Shown in pieces: positions 52,045-64,000 of a stretch of DNA of 64,000 nucleotides (position 1 is the stretch's first letter; every line of letters starts with the position of its first letter). The stretch lies in contig MU053629.1 in NCBI GenBank assembly GCA_013239625.1, positions 4,677,567 to 4,741,566 of the forward strand. The letters run 5' to 3'. The DNA comes from Lama guanicoe (taxonomy: Eukaryota). The position numbers were made by a program, and so were the translations under genes. The notes under the pieces were generated by a model, which did not search any database, was not told the origin of the DNA, and worked only from the letters and a program-made list of their open reading frames with translations.

Positions 52045-52845
52045 GATAGGATATAAAAGCAACACACAGAAATCAGTTTTAATCCGATAAACTAGTAGCC
52101 CAGAATGAACAACCCAAAAGTGAAATTAAAACAATTCAAGTTACATTAGCATCAAAAAGAGTAAAATACTCAGGAATAAATTTAACAAATGAAGTGAAAA
52201 ACTTCTACACTGAAAATTATAAACATCATTGAAAGAAATTAAAAACTTCAATAAATAGAAAGACATCGTATGTTCATGAAATGGAAGACTTAATATTGTT
52301 AAAATGGTTGGTGCTCCCCAGATTGATCCACAGACTCAGAGCAATCCCTGTCAAAATCTCAGTGGGCTCTTTTGCAGAAATGGAAGAGCTGATCCCAAAA
52401 ATCATATGGAAATACAAAGGACTCAGAGCAGCCAAAACAGTCTTGGGGAAAAAAAGAACAAAGTTAGAAGATTCAAACCTCCTGATTTCAAAACATACTA
52501 AAAAGTTACAGTGATGAAGGTAGCGTGGTTCCAGCATAATGACAGAAAGAGGAATAGAATTAAGGGTCCAGAAATAAACCCATGTGTCCGTGATCAGTTT
52601 TTTCTGACAAGGATGCCAAGACTGTTTAATGGTGAAATATTCATCTATCTTTTCAACAAATGATGCTGGAACAATTGGAAATTGACATGCAGAAGAATGA
52701 ATTTGGACTCCTCCCTCACATAGTCTACAAAAATTAACTCAAAATGGATCAAAGACCTAAATGTAAGAGCTAAGACTATGAAACTCTTAAAAGGAAACAG
52801 TGGTGTGAATCTTAGATTAGGTAACAGTTTCTTAGATATGACATC
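52045..52845 (+). mobile_element. Older L1 ORF2 internal fragment (post-RT region), degraded
   Basis: Translates to LIHRLRAIPVKI...FAEMEELIPKIIWK...AKTVL...LPDFKTY-like segments; aaaattaactcaaaatggatcaaagacctaaatgtaagagc. Confidence 0.9.
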
Positions 52846-54414
52846 TTCAGGACCATGGAGTCACTGCGGCAGTGCCAGGGTTCCAGGCCCACAGACAGGC
52901 AGAGCCAGAGTGAAGCCCAGCTCTAGGAAGAGGACCTGTGTGCCCCAGTCTGGGAGGTGGGGGAGAGGATGGCTTTCCCTGTAAGGGCTGCAGCTCGGAA
53001 AGGACTGACACGGATGCCGCAGTAGGGACAGAAGGAGGGGCGGTGGAAAGCAAGTGCCCAGCAGAGTGATGGACAAGAAGGGGTGGGGGTGGTGTTGCTT
53101 TGGGGCCTGGCCTTGGGTCCTCATTGATGAGGAGGAGCAAAGGGGGCTTGCTTAAGATGGGAACAGACTCTCTTGGCCCCCAAACTTATTTAGTAGCCCA
53201 TCGTTACAAAATCCCATTTGTAAAAGTCTGTGCCTTCTGTGAGTTGTTATGACTATATTTAATCACAAAATGTAATGAAGACGTAGGAGAGCCTCCACTG
53301 TTACCTGCCTGGCCGGCGTATGCACATCACTCACAGTGGTACTCAGAAGGGCCACGAATGGGGACAGTCATCCACGCCCCCATCACCTGAACTCGCAAGA
53401 GGCTTCATGTGGACTCTTCACTGAGACATGACGGCTCCTCCGATGTTTTCTAGAAATGCCAGCGAACATGTTCAGTGCTGGGAGGAAGCCGTGTTTGATG
53501 CCAGCCCCCACCTGGCAGCTCAGTAAAGAAGAGGGTGGCGGCTGATCACACAGCTAGACACTTCCACATGGGCAGGGCAAACCTAGAGGCAGCTAGCATC
53601 TCTGTTCTAGAAGAGGGTGGCGCATGAAGAGAGAAGGGGGCGAGAAAACAGAGGACTGGGAAAGGGAGGAAAAGGAGGAAGGAGTCTGCTTTACAGCCAC
53701 ATACAACCTAAAATGCTTCTGAGCTCTTCTGCCTGCCTTGTCCTAACACCCCACCGCCGCAGAATTAGCCTTTAAAAACTCCAGATCTCAACCTGCCGAA
53801 CCCACCAGGGATTCCGCGCCCCGCCCACACCTGTAGGGTAATAACTGAGCTTATTATTATTAGCACAGCATTTGAGATTCACACCCATTTTTTTTTCAGC
53901 CTCACTTTGGGTTCAACATTAGTCTTCATAGCTGCCCCATATTTCATACCTGGGGCTGGGTTCCTCCCTCTGCTTGGAATGACCCCTCGCTTTTATAAAT
54001 GCCTAAGCGTTCTCCAAGGCCCAGCTCAGAAGTGATCTGCTGCCTTTCCCCCTCTCCCATCCTCCCACACGCCCACCCAGGGCTGGGCAGAGTTCAGCAT
54101 AGCGTGTTTACAGAGCTTTATTATAGTTGTTAATCATACTGAATCAAATTTAGTCGGCGAGTTCGTCTCCCACTAGACCATGAAGTCATCCAGGACAGGG
54201 CTTTATCCCCACACCTGGAAGAGATCATGGCCCAAGCAGGAGCGCAGTAAACGCTCCTTGAAGTAAATTAAAATATGGATTTTTCCAGCAGGGCTAGTCC
54301 TGCGTAAAACGGAGAGTGCTCTAAGTTTGTCTTGTCTTCTACTGAGGCACATCCTATCGAGCTGGAAAGGACGGCTGAGTTCAGAGGTCATCGTCCAGAA
54401 ACATATGTGTTTTC

Positions 54415-55420
54415 TCTTTTTTCTTTGAAATTCTTTTTATCGAAATATAATTTATATAACATGAAATTCACTCAGATGAAGTGTACAGCTCAGTTCCAGA
54501 ACATTTTCATCCCTTTAGAAAGAAACCCAGTACCTGTTAACAGGAGCCCCTAGTTCCTCTCTCCGCTCTCATCCCTCACAGCCACTAACTGATCCACTTT
54601 CTGTCTCCCTGGATTTCCTGCTGTGGACACTTCATATGAATTGGACCATACAGTATCTGGCTGTTTGCATTGTGTTTCTGTAATTTAGCATGTTTTCAAG
54701 GTACGTCCATGTTATATAGTATGTATTGATAGTTCATATGTACCTGTGGATGAATAATGTTCCATTGTATGGGTATACCACATTTTTGTTTATCTGTTCA
54801 ATTGATAAGCATTTGGGCTGTTTCTACTCTCTGGCTGTTGTGAATAACGTTGCTGTGAACATTCATGTACAAGTTTTCATGCGGACATATGTTTCCAGTT
54901 CTGTTGGATATTTATACCTAGTGGTGGAATTGCCGAGTCATACGAAAAAGCTGTTTAACTTTTTGATGAATTTCCAAACTGTATTTCACAGCAGCTGCAC
55001 CATGTTAGGTTCCCACCAGCAGCTTATGCGAGTTCAGATTTCTCCACGTTCTCATCAACTGACCTGTTATTTTCTATCTGTTCGTTATTTTTTTTAAATT
55101 ACAGTCATCCTGATGGATGTGAAGCAGCCTTTCATTGTGGCTTTGATTTCGTTTTTCCCATGTGATTAATAATGTTGAGTGTATTTTCGTGTGTTTATTG
55201 GTCACTTGAGTATCTTCTTTGGAGAAATGTCTATTTAAGTCTGTTGTTCATTTTTAAATTCAAGGGGTTTTTATTACTATTTTTTTAGATGTAGGAGTTC
55301 TTTATATAGTCTGGATATGGTCTCTGAATTTTGTCTCCCATTGTATGGATTGTCTTTTCACTTTCTTGATGGTGTCCTTTGACACACGAATGTTTCAATT
55401 TTTTATTTATTAATTTTTTT
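54415..55420 (-). mobile_element. Old L1 (L1MB-like) 3'UTR and ORF2 end
   Basis: tttgggctgtttctac...tgaataacgttgctgtgaacattcatgtacaagt...tcttctttggagaaatgtctattt. Confidence 0.9.
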
Positions 55421-55559
55421 TGGACTTTGAAGCCTTTGTGGTTTGACCAGAGGGTAGGAAGCTTAGATCTCCACCCTGTCCCCACCCTTCCCCAGCACCC
55501 TCGTAAAGGTCCTTAGAGTTCCATAGATTATAGTTTGAAAACCACCCATGATGATGCAG

Positions 55560-56350
55560 ACAGTCATTCTGTAAACCTGTCCCAGTCCCGGAGCTAGGTA
55601 CTAGGGATCGGGAGTGAATCAGATGCCATGGCCACCACTAGAGTGTCTGCTCTAGTCAGGGAGACAGGCCAGCCAACAGCCATGTGTGAGCGGCTTGCTC
55701 TAGCCTAGATGCCAGGCCGTGTTAGTGGTCTGAGCCTTGGCGGCCTGGGTCCTGGGAGGAGCACAGTGACTGTTATTTAAGCCCCTCTCATAAATGGGTA
55801 CTAATGATAAGGTGTTTTAATGATGTTTGAAGCTATAAACATTCGAGACATATTAAAGGTGTGGACAAGGTGCTGGGGAAGCACAGGGAAGAGAGGTGAT
55901 AACGAAGGGGGTGATGAGGTACCAGGGGGCTCTACGGGTACCAAGGGGTGATGACACGGGAAGCCAGAAGGGCCAGTCGAGGTAGGTAGCCGAGGCCCCG
56001 GGGAGAGTTCAGTATGACTGCGGTGCTTGGCACAGTATTAAAAGAGGTGGGACAGTGACCACTTTTCGAAGGACCTTTACACACTGCGCCTGAAGGCATC
56101 TGCAGGAATGGAGGGGTGGGAGGTGAAAGAGTTTTAGGCTGAGGATCAGCAGAACCAGAATTGTGTTTTAGAAAAATCACTGGCAGGGTTGTGAAAGATG
56201 GGTTGGGAAGGATGGTTGGGAACTTAATGTGCCCGATCAAAGGTATAGGGGTTTTAATTAGGACAGAGTTAGCATATTTGAAGGGTATTTAGGAGATAGA
56301 ATAAACTGGATTTGGTGCATAATTGGATGTAGGGGAGGGTGGAGAGGCGG
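55560..56350 (-). mobile_element. L2 fragments
   Basis: ttgtgttttagaaaaatcactggcag...ggatttggtgcataattggatgtagggg. Confidence 0.55.
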
Positions 56351-59300
56351 GGTCATGGGAGAAGCATTCCACTTGGGCAGCCAAGCCCTCGCTGAGATGG
56401 GGCGCAAACACACTTCATGGGAAGAATATAATTAGCATTCTGTTCACTGGACAGCACCAAGCACCTCATCCTAATTCCTGTTTTAGACCCAATTTTAGGA
56501 AGTTTATCAACTAGACTCTTAACACTCCGGGCTTTTCATTTCTGTCTTCCCAAGACAGTCAGTCCTAAATATTCATGGAATGAAATTTATACATGGTTGT
56601 AGGAACTTATTACTACTTTTTTCAAGACCTCAGAAAAACAAATCCAAAAAGTAGTAGAGAGTATATGATCAGGAAGATACTTAGCTAATACGTATGGTCC
56701 TTTATCAAAATTCAGAAGTCTAGCCTTAAACTTTATGGTCCATACAATGTTTCCCATTGTCATGTCACTTTCCCACAAGACTCTATTTTACAGAAGAGGA
56801 AACTGAGGGGCAAAGGCTTGGTCTCTTTCTACTACTCTATAATTATCCTTGATAGAAACAAAAAGTGACAGCTGAACATTTTGGCATGAAAGAGAGATTA
56901 TTTTAAAAACTGTGGAAGAAGACAGCTCAGGAAGCATTGCAGACATGCCCCAAGGGCAGAGGTATATTACTACACAGTTCAGTTTATAGGAATGACTCCA
57001 CGTCGTTAAGAATTGAATTCTGTTCTGCATATTCTGTGTAAGGTGGCGGGGAGGAGCATCTGTCCTCTTAGAAAGGTTTCTACATGCAGAAGATTTGCCT
57101 CTTCAACCACTGTTATCTTAAAAAATGTGTTCATGCAGAATCACTCACTTTTGGACTGGTTCACTGAGAAGCTGCTGGGCTGTGAACTTAGCAAGTGCTC
57201 TCTAGGATTTGGGGATGGGAGAGTTGGGGCGTGAAAATCATTGCCTGATAATACCTCCCTAGAATTCAAAAAGTGGGATTAACCAACTTTTGAGGAAACA
57301 ATATTCAGTTTTTCCCCCTGAGGGACTTTGCTAACTTCAGAAGCCAGAATTCTGGCAAAAAGTAAAAGGGGACCCCCCCCCCGTGCTGCTAGCATCCTGG
57401 GATGCCCTGTTCCTTTCACAGCACATAACGGCAGGTGGTTTAAAGCGACACAAGGCTTGATGGCTGGAGCTGTCTGATGACCCCGGGCAGGCCTGGAGCC
57501 TCCGACCGCAGTGACTAACACTAACCACTCGCTTAAACGGGTGTTGATGATGTGGGATTTATGTTATTTGCAACTTGTATGAGTTAATGACTGGGAGGCA
57601 TTAGAACTCGGTAAGTTAATACAAGTGGATACACAATAGTCCGGTCCCCCAGCAACGTTGTTAACCAGACCTCTGCCTCGTAGCGCTGGGCTATGGAATT
57701 GGGAGCCTGAAAACCGACACTCCCTCTTTTATGCAAGGCACCCTTTAGAAATCTGATACCTCCTTCGAAGAGTCCAGTATGTTTAAATTAATGCAGTTTG
57801 ACTGATTTGAAAATTGAAAATAGGTTAGCATTAAGGCCATGATTCCTTTAGTAATTACTTTTTCTGTTGGTAATAACTGTTTCTTTGGAAATGACATTAA
57901 CATTCTACCAAAACACAGCAGTAATCCAGAAGTTAATGTTCTGTTCATTTATAATTATATTTAATTCATATTTATGAGTTGCTGGGAGGGAGGAGAAAGA
58001 AAGAAGTAAGTTTAAAAAAAAGTAACAGAAGAAACAAGAGCAGCTTTCCTGATAATGTGAAGAATGTACAGTCACTTAAAGTGGGAAAAAATATTTTTAA
58101 TTCAGTTATATAAAATCAGATTTTATTAGCTACTGCTGAAAAAAAAATCTGTATGTTTATCATTTCCTAGTGAGTGAATTCAGTGGTTAGACCTTTCAAG
58201 TTCTTCTTTTTTACTAGTCAGAATATCAGTATAAACATCCCTGACTTTGAGCTCAGTAAGTCAGATTTGGTGGTGGTGGTTCTTTTAAACCAGGAAAAAT
58301 TCTGCATCCTTAGGCAGTCATTGAACAAGTAGCTTTGTGTTGTTTTCTTTGGATTGCCCACGAAGCCTGATGTATTATTAATGAATCAATTTCTTGGTGG
58401 TGAAAGGCTGTGAATAGCGTTGTGTGACTGGACAGTCGCCTGGTGGGGCCGGTTTTGGCTGCTGTCACTTAACATGTGTTGCTCTATTGTGCAGTCCTAC
58501 CCAGCCGCAGGACAATGCTCATTTAGTCCAGCATGATGGGACCTGCACACCCCGAGCCCAAGTTGGACGCCAGGGTCAGTTACCGAGCAGCTCGGGCTGG
58601 GGCTCGGGTCTGCCTCACTGCCCAGTTGCTGTAACCATTTCGCCTGCCGTTAATTTCCCCTAAACCAGGGAAGGCCCGTTTGCGAGCAGCGCAAATGTTC
58701 TCAAATAGAGATTCCAAGCTGGTCGGCTGGGGTGTTGCCTCCATTCTGGAATGGAGGCAGCGTTCCAGGGAGGGTGGGTTCCTTCCTTCCTCCTGGAAAT
58801 GGAAGCGTCTGGGCCCACGAGGCCCCTGATGTTCTGAGGGCCAGAGCAGCAGATGGCATTCTGATTTTCCAAACCCTGATGAACGTCCTAACTGAACTTG
58901 TGCATTTCACAGTATGTAGTTCTGGTTTTTTCCACTTCCTCTCCCTTCCTCCCTCCCTGTCTCCCTCTCTTTGTTCCTCTCGCACTGACTCATTTTAAAC
59001 TGATGCGGGATCTCCTTCAGCCAGCTTTCAGTTCCCTTCTCTTTGTGTTCACCGCGTGGAACCAGGTAGGGCACAGCCTCACATGTAACTTTCAACCTCT
59101 GAGTCCCAGCTGACATAGCCTTTGTGTAAGCAGATCCCACTGACGCTCCTGCACCGCTCAGCCGCTGGAAGCTCTTTCCCCGTATCCGTAGCTTGGCAGT
59201 AATTATTTTAACTAACAGTCGAATGAACATTCAGGAGGCACACGGTGTGGCAGTGGTGGACTCTGGATTGCAGCGAGTTCCAGGAGTCCCACTGGATGGT

Positions 59301-59877
59301 GTTATGGCTTGATGATTTTTCAGGACACGGACCTGCCAGGTTCTCGCCCTTGAAGGGAACATGGGTGTAGCTCAGCTGTTTTTGTTTTCCCTCTTAATCC
59401 TTTACCTATGAAGAGAGGAATGACTCCTTTCATTTAGGAAACTGTTAAGAGTTTCCCTTCACCCCTAGATTTTCCTCTTGCATTTTTGTTCAATACAGTT
59501 TATGATCTACCTTTCGTCTAAGATCGCTTGTAATCAGCACCTCTGCACGTAGAACCTGGTGAAACGCCAGTGTGTATATTAGCATTATCATTTAGGTCCT
59601 GGATCCAACATGTGTAGCTGGGCTTTTCCTGTGGAAAAAAAAAAAGAAATTGACCTTACCAGTGTATGAAATTCAAACACTGTACCAGGGACAAGGTAAA
59701 ACCACAGGTAGGAATTGCTGAATAATTACCTTTAGACCAGCCTGAGCGGGAGGCTTCCCACGAGGGTGAGCTCATTTAATGGTTCCTAAAACTCAATCTC
59801 GTGGATGTCAATGGTCATGCTTGATTATTTGCAGCAGTGTTTTATGAAAAAGCAATAGAAATGCATTGGGAGGCTAC

Positions 59878-59896
59878 AGAGAGAGAGAGAGAGAGA
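59878..59896. repeat. (AG)n microsatellite
   Basis: Read directly. Confidence 0.9.
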
Positions 59897-62461
59897 GGAC
59901 AATAAGGGGTTATACTTTTGTAAATGAAATCCCTTTGGTGTGAGACAAGCATGTTTTTTTGCTGCTCTGCCTAAGCCATTGGAAAGAGGTGTCTGTGGGT
60001 GTTAGCGTGCGTGCGTGTGTGTGTTTGAGTGTGCTGTTCATACAGGCACCTCTGAGTAATACTGTGCACTATAGCTTATGACCAACAAGAGACCTAAAAT
60101 AAAAAGAGAAAAAAGATGTCCATTGGCTCTGAAAAGGAAGCAATTACAAAAATGGTTTAAGAGATTAATTCATTTTCCTGTTCTCCACCTACCTGTTTTC
60201 AAGGAATTTTATAAAACACCAAGATCTTTTTCCATGTGTTTCGAAAATCTCTAAGTAAATGTAAATCTTTTAAATGACAAAAAGGCAAAGGGTTAGTTTT
60301 GATATAAATGACAAACTTTGTTTTTTCTTCTCTTTTATCCTGATATTGAAAAACTGCCAAAACATTTAGGAGAAAAACAAAATCGGAAAAAAATTCGTAT
60401 CGTCTGAGATTTCAGAGATTCCTTTAGACCAGTTCATTTATATTTTGTGTTTTTTCTAAGCCATCTGGTTGTGATGTTCACTTGGCTCATAGTTGGTTCT
60501 CCCGTGATTTAAAGGTTTTTTGGGGACGGTGGTTGTTTCAGTGGTGAAAATTCAGGCCTTCTGCCCCTGGTTCCAGGTCTATCTGAGTCGAGTTAAATGA
60601 GCTGCTACTGTCAGCCAGGACCCAGTGGACAGAACTTCACACCAAAATGCCCACACATGTAATTCGTCACGTCTGGCAACCCAGAGCATGGGGTGACCCG
60701 GTGTGGAAATTGAATCATCTTTCACTCTCTCCGCTCAGGGCTTGATGTGGAGTGGGATGAGTAAGAGGAGGGTCACGTCCATCTGCAGGCCTTCCTAACG
60801 TCAAAGCCTCTCCCTCACCTCAGCGCTGTCCCTCATAACACCCTGCAGATTAGGCCAGTTCCATCTGCACTGCAAAATCAAAAATACACTTAGTGTCAAA
60901 ATACTGGCTTTCCACCCTGACAGGCTGGCCACATTTTTAAGTGAACTACATGTTTTGAACAAGCACTGACTGGCCTGGTGCAAGTCTAGTGTGGACTTCT
61001 GGTTTACTCATATCTTAAGGGGTCCGAGTCATTCTCTGGCTGAGCACTTGGCCATCCATTTCCCACCTTTCTCTCACTAATGAGATGCGATGGCCTTTTT
61101 TTCCCTGGCTGCCATCTGTTACAGAAACTTACAGACATGAACATCCAGGACCTTCAAAATATTAAAACTAAGCTAGTTTCCCAGAATCTATCACTGGCTT
61201 ACCCTTTGACCAGGTAAATTTTTGGTTTGTAGGTTGGCTTCAGTGGAAATCTTTAAAGGTGATGGTCTAGTTTTTTGTGTGTCTTTTTTCTCCCCAGATG
61301 AGCTAGGTTTGCTCCCCAGTCAAGAGCATATTTGTCCTGTGGATTCTGCTGTTTCACAGAGATGCTGTTGGAAGGCAGGGGGAAATGGAGAGTCACAAAG
61401 CAGTATGGGATCTGACAAGGCAAAATGCTGTCCTGCCCAATGTGAAGCCACTGGAATCACAGGCAGACAGCCGTTGACCCCAGCACTGCGGACGGAAGTG
61501 GAGCGATCCAGGTGGCTGTGCCAGTTTGAACCCCAGTGTGTGGGACCAGAGATCGTTGCACCAGGGCCAAGGGAATATCAGACTTGAATTAAAAGATTTA
61601 CGTTTCAGATGTTAGAGCATAACACTCAGTGCTGGTCAGACTGCAGGCGATTCTCTGATGTTAATCACCTGTTGGCTCGATGGCCCGACACCAAGAGGTC
61701 TAGAAATAGGTAGTTAAAAACTGTTCAAAGGCTGGCTGTATTTCATTTAACTTGCCTGGTTTAATCTGACCACAGCACAGCTGACCTCGGAATTCACCAG
61801 CGTGGCCAACGCCTTGAGATTTTTGAGAAGTTGTCCTCCTATCTTCCTTGTGTTTTACTGCCAACAAGTATAAAATCTTGATTTGAAGGAATGTCTGTTT
61901 TGCATAAAGAGGAGGAGCCATGACACAGATTAAGATGTTCAAGGTCCCTTTATCCCCCAGGTGCTCTGTGGAAGTGAGGAAGGAAGACGATCAGAGAGTA
62001 AAGACGGTGTCTCACGGCCCTCCGGACTCCTACAGTTGTTTCCCCATCACTCTTATGCGTGCACGTCTTAACCCCCTGAACTGTACACAGATTATTCCAG
62101 GATACGGATTAAGAATCAGTCATCCCCAGTGCCAGCCTAGTGCCTTTGACATGGTAGTGTGTCTAGAAAATTTTTGAATGAATGACCCAATAAATAAGTA
62201 ATAATGCTTGTATTATTTTTATACAGTATTTTATGTCTATGCCCTATTAGTGTCTGAATTAACCACCACATCATTGTCAGGTTCCATTTTCATCTTTAAT
62301 TATGAATTAAAGGCAAAAAAGAAGTCCTCAGGTGTATTTTTTTAAGCAAGAGTCCGGCAACTTTTTTCCAGTTGAATAGGTATGCCAGGCTTCTCCATTA
62401 TACAAAGCAGGGCTCCGCTAAAAATCTGAACCTCATGAGTTTAAAAAAATAGCTCCTGACC

Positions 62462-62700
62462 TTTTTAGTTTTAAACTTTCTATTGTGACATCATTTTAGA
62501 TTCACAGGCCGTTGTAAGAAATAATACAGAGAGATCCCGTGTACCTTTCACTCAGTTTCCCCCAGTGGTAACAGTTCAGAAAGTACAAAATCACAACCAG
62601 GAAATTGACAGCGATCCCATCCACAGAAGTCATTCAGATGCTACCAGTTTTACGTGCACTGATGCACGTGTCTGTGTGTGTGCACTCACATGCATGCATG
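62462..62700 (-). mobile_element. L1MC-type 3' end
   Basis: ttttagattcacagg...gtaagaaataatacagagagatcccgtgtacc...cacaaccaggaaattgac. Confidence 0.8.
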
Positions 62701-62977
62701 CACACAGGCATTAATGACACAGATCCCTTCAAAGCGAAGAAACATGGTTTACAAAAAAAAAACCTGTGTCTTTAAAATAATGATCTCCCTTTTCAGTCGT
62801 TTCAAAAGCATTTTTCTCATTTATGGTTTCTATATTTGGAGTATCCAACTTACCTGCCCGCACTGAAGATCACAAAGTGTGCTAGTAAGTACCCTTGCCC
62901 TGCATGTGAACTAGCAGCCACTGTGGTTGAAATTGGTCCTCCTTCTCTCCCGTCCCCTCCCCCACCTCGTTGCAAGT

Positions 62978-63012
62978 ACACACACACACACACACACACA
63001 CTCTCACACACA
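62978..63012. repeat. (CA)n microsatellite
   Basis: Read directly. Confidence 0.9.
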
Positions 63013-64000
63013 TGCACACTTCCAGATTTTCTGCGGCTTACCTTTTTTTAATGCCTGAGTACCTCGCTGACAAGTGCTAATAACAAAACACCCAGAGAGC
63101 GTCCGGCTGAAGTTAGCATACATTAAACATTCTGAACTTGTCCTTTTGCTCATAGATTGTGCATAATTAATAATTAAATAGCTTCCGTTGTAATGGGTTG
63201 ACCTTCCTGAACTGTTCATTATTCACACAGCAAAGGCATCACTCAGACTTCCTGCGCGCTGTCCTTCTCTGTTCTCCGGCGTGCCACGCTGCAGTTCCAG
63301 TTGAGCAGAAGGGTGGTTCCCGGAAACGTCTGTGACTTGGAGGCTGTCCTCCGTGCTGAGCAGAAATGCTTACTGAGATGGTTTACAGCAGCCCTTTTCA
63401 TGCGTCGGTTGCCTCTCCGTACCAGGATCCAGCCTGTCTCCCTGTAGTGACTCTGAAGTTGATTCAGGACCAGACTCTCACTCAGGTCAAGGCTTTGGGT
63501 TAAGGTCGTGTCCACTGTTCCGTTCTGTACCTCTGTGCTTAGAAGTTCAGCAGGAAAGCATCTCCAGAAAAAGCCCTTGAGATGAAGGCTCGCACCCAGG
63601 GTCTTAAAGGAAGTGATTTTATTGGCAACTTAGGGTCCGTTTCAGCCAGGACTGAGAGTTATTAGTGTAACTGCTTCTCTACTTTGTGTTTACATTTTCG
63701 AAATGTATTTTTTCTTCGTCTGGCCTGAGCCCACATTTCACAGAGAACTTTCTGATAAGTAGCAGCTATGACTTTATGAGATCCTCTGAAACCCTGGGCA
63801 TGGTTCTGTCTTGCTCTAACCCCGCGGTGACTGGCTGCTTTCCGTCCTGGGCACCCTGGAGATGCTGGGGCAGCTGTACTGTGAGCCTCTCTCCCTCCTT
63901 CGCACAGATTGGAATTAGACCACAGAGTAAGTGGGTTCTTGGAGGTTCTTTACGTCCTGATCGAAACTAACTGCTAATTTTACTTGCTTAAAAATGAGAA

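Larger units (their letters stand above)
1..64000 (+). other. MAP2K5: Interior of the MAP2K5 (MEK5) transcription unit; introns 6456-27227 (20,772 nt), 27258-45873 (18,616 nt), 45901-46213 (313 nt) and 46247->64000
   Basis: Four GT-AG flanked exons splice in frame to 54 consecutive residues matching MEK5 as I recall it. The next expected exon (DSPVLPVGEF...) was not seen in the window. Confidence 0.97.

Noticed and set aside
1..64000. CRISPR arrays, operons, NUMT, rRNA, snoRNA/miRNA or a processed pseudogene
   Set aside because: The window is eukaryotic intronic DNA and I recognised none of these by eye. An Rfam/BLAST scan would be needed to exclude small RNAs formally.

Overview
Mammalian genomic DNA, almost certainly from a camelid: it carries tRNA-Ala-derived vic-1-type SINEs and an artiodactyl-type Tigger2a MITE, and I saw no Alu, BovB/Bov-tA, PRE-1 or CanSINE. 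The whole window lies inside MAP2K5 (MEK5) on the + strand. Four short phase-0 coding exons of 72, 30, 27 and 33 nt (6384-6455, 27228-27257, 45874-45900, 46214-46246) encode PERISGEQYGIHSDVWSLGISFME / LALGRFPYPQ / IQKNQGSLM / PLQLLQCIVDE, kinase subdomains VIII-X. They probably correspond to human exons 16-19. None of them appears in the ORF track; the listed ORFs are chance ORFs or L1 remnants. The rest is intron: ancient repeats (MIR, L2, L3/CR1, MER5/MER58, MARNA, MLT1), L1 fragments of several ages (some with intact target-site duplications), three lineage-specific SINEs, microsatellites, and several repeat-poor, homeobox-motif-rich blocks that look like conserved enhancers. I found no evidence of a new protein-coding system. 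The most notable items are the microexon cassette and its splicing signals, a candidate poison or terminal exon, an apparently internally primed L1 insertion, and candidate PBX/HOX/MEIS enhancers. Repeat family names come from recalled consensus sequences, and most repeat boundaries are approximate.
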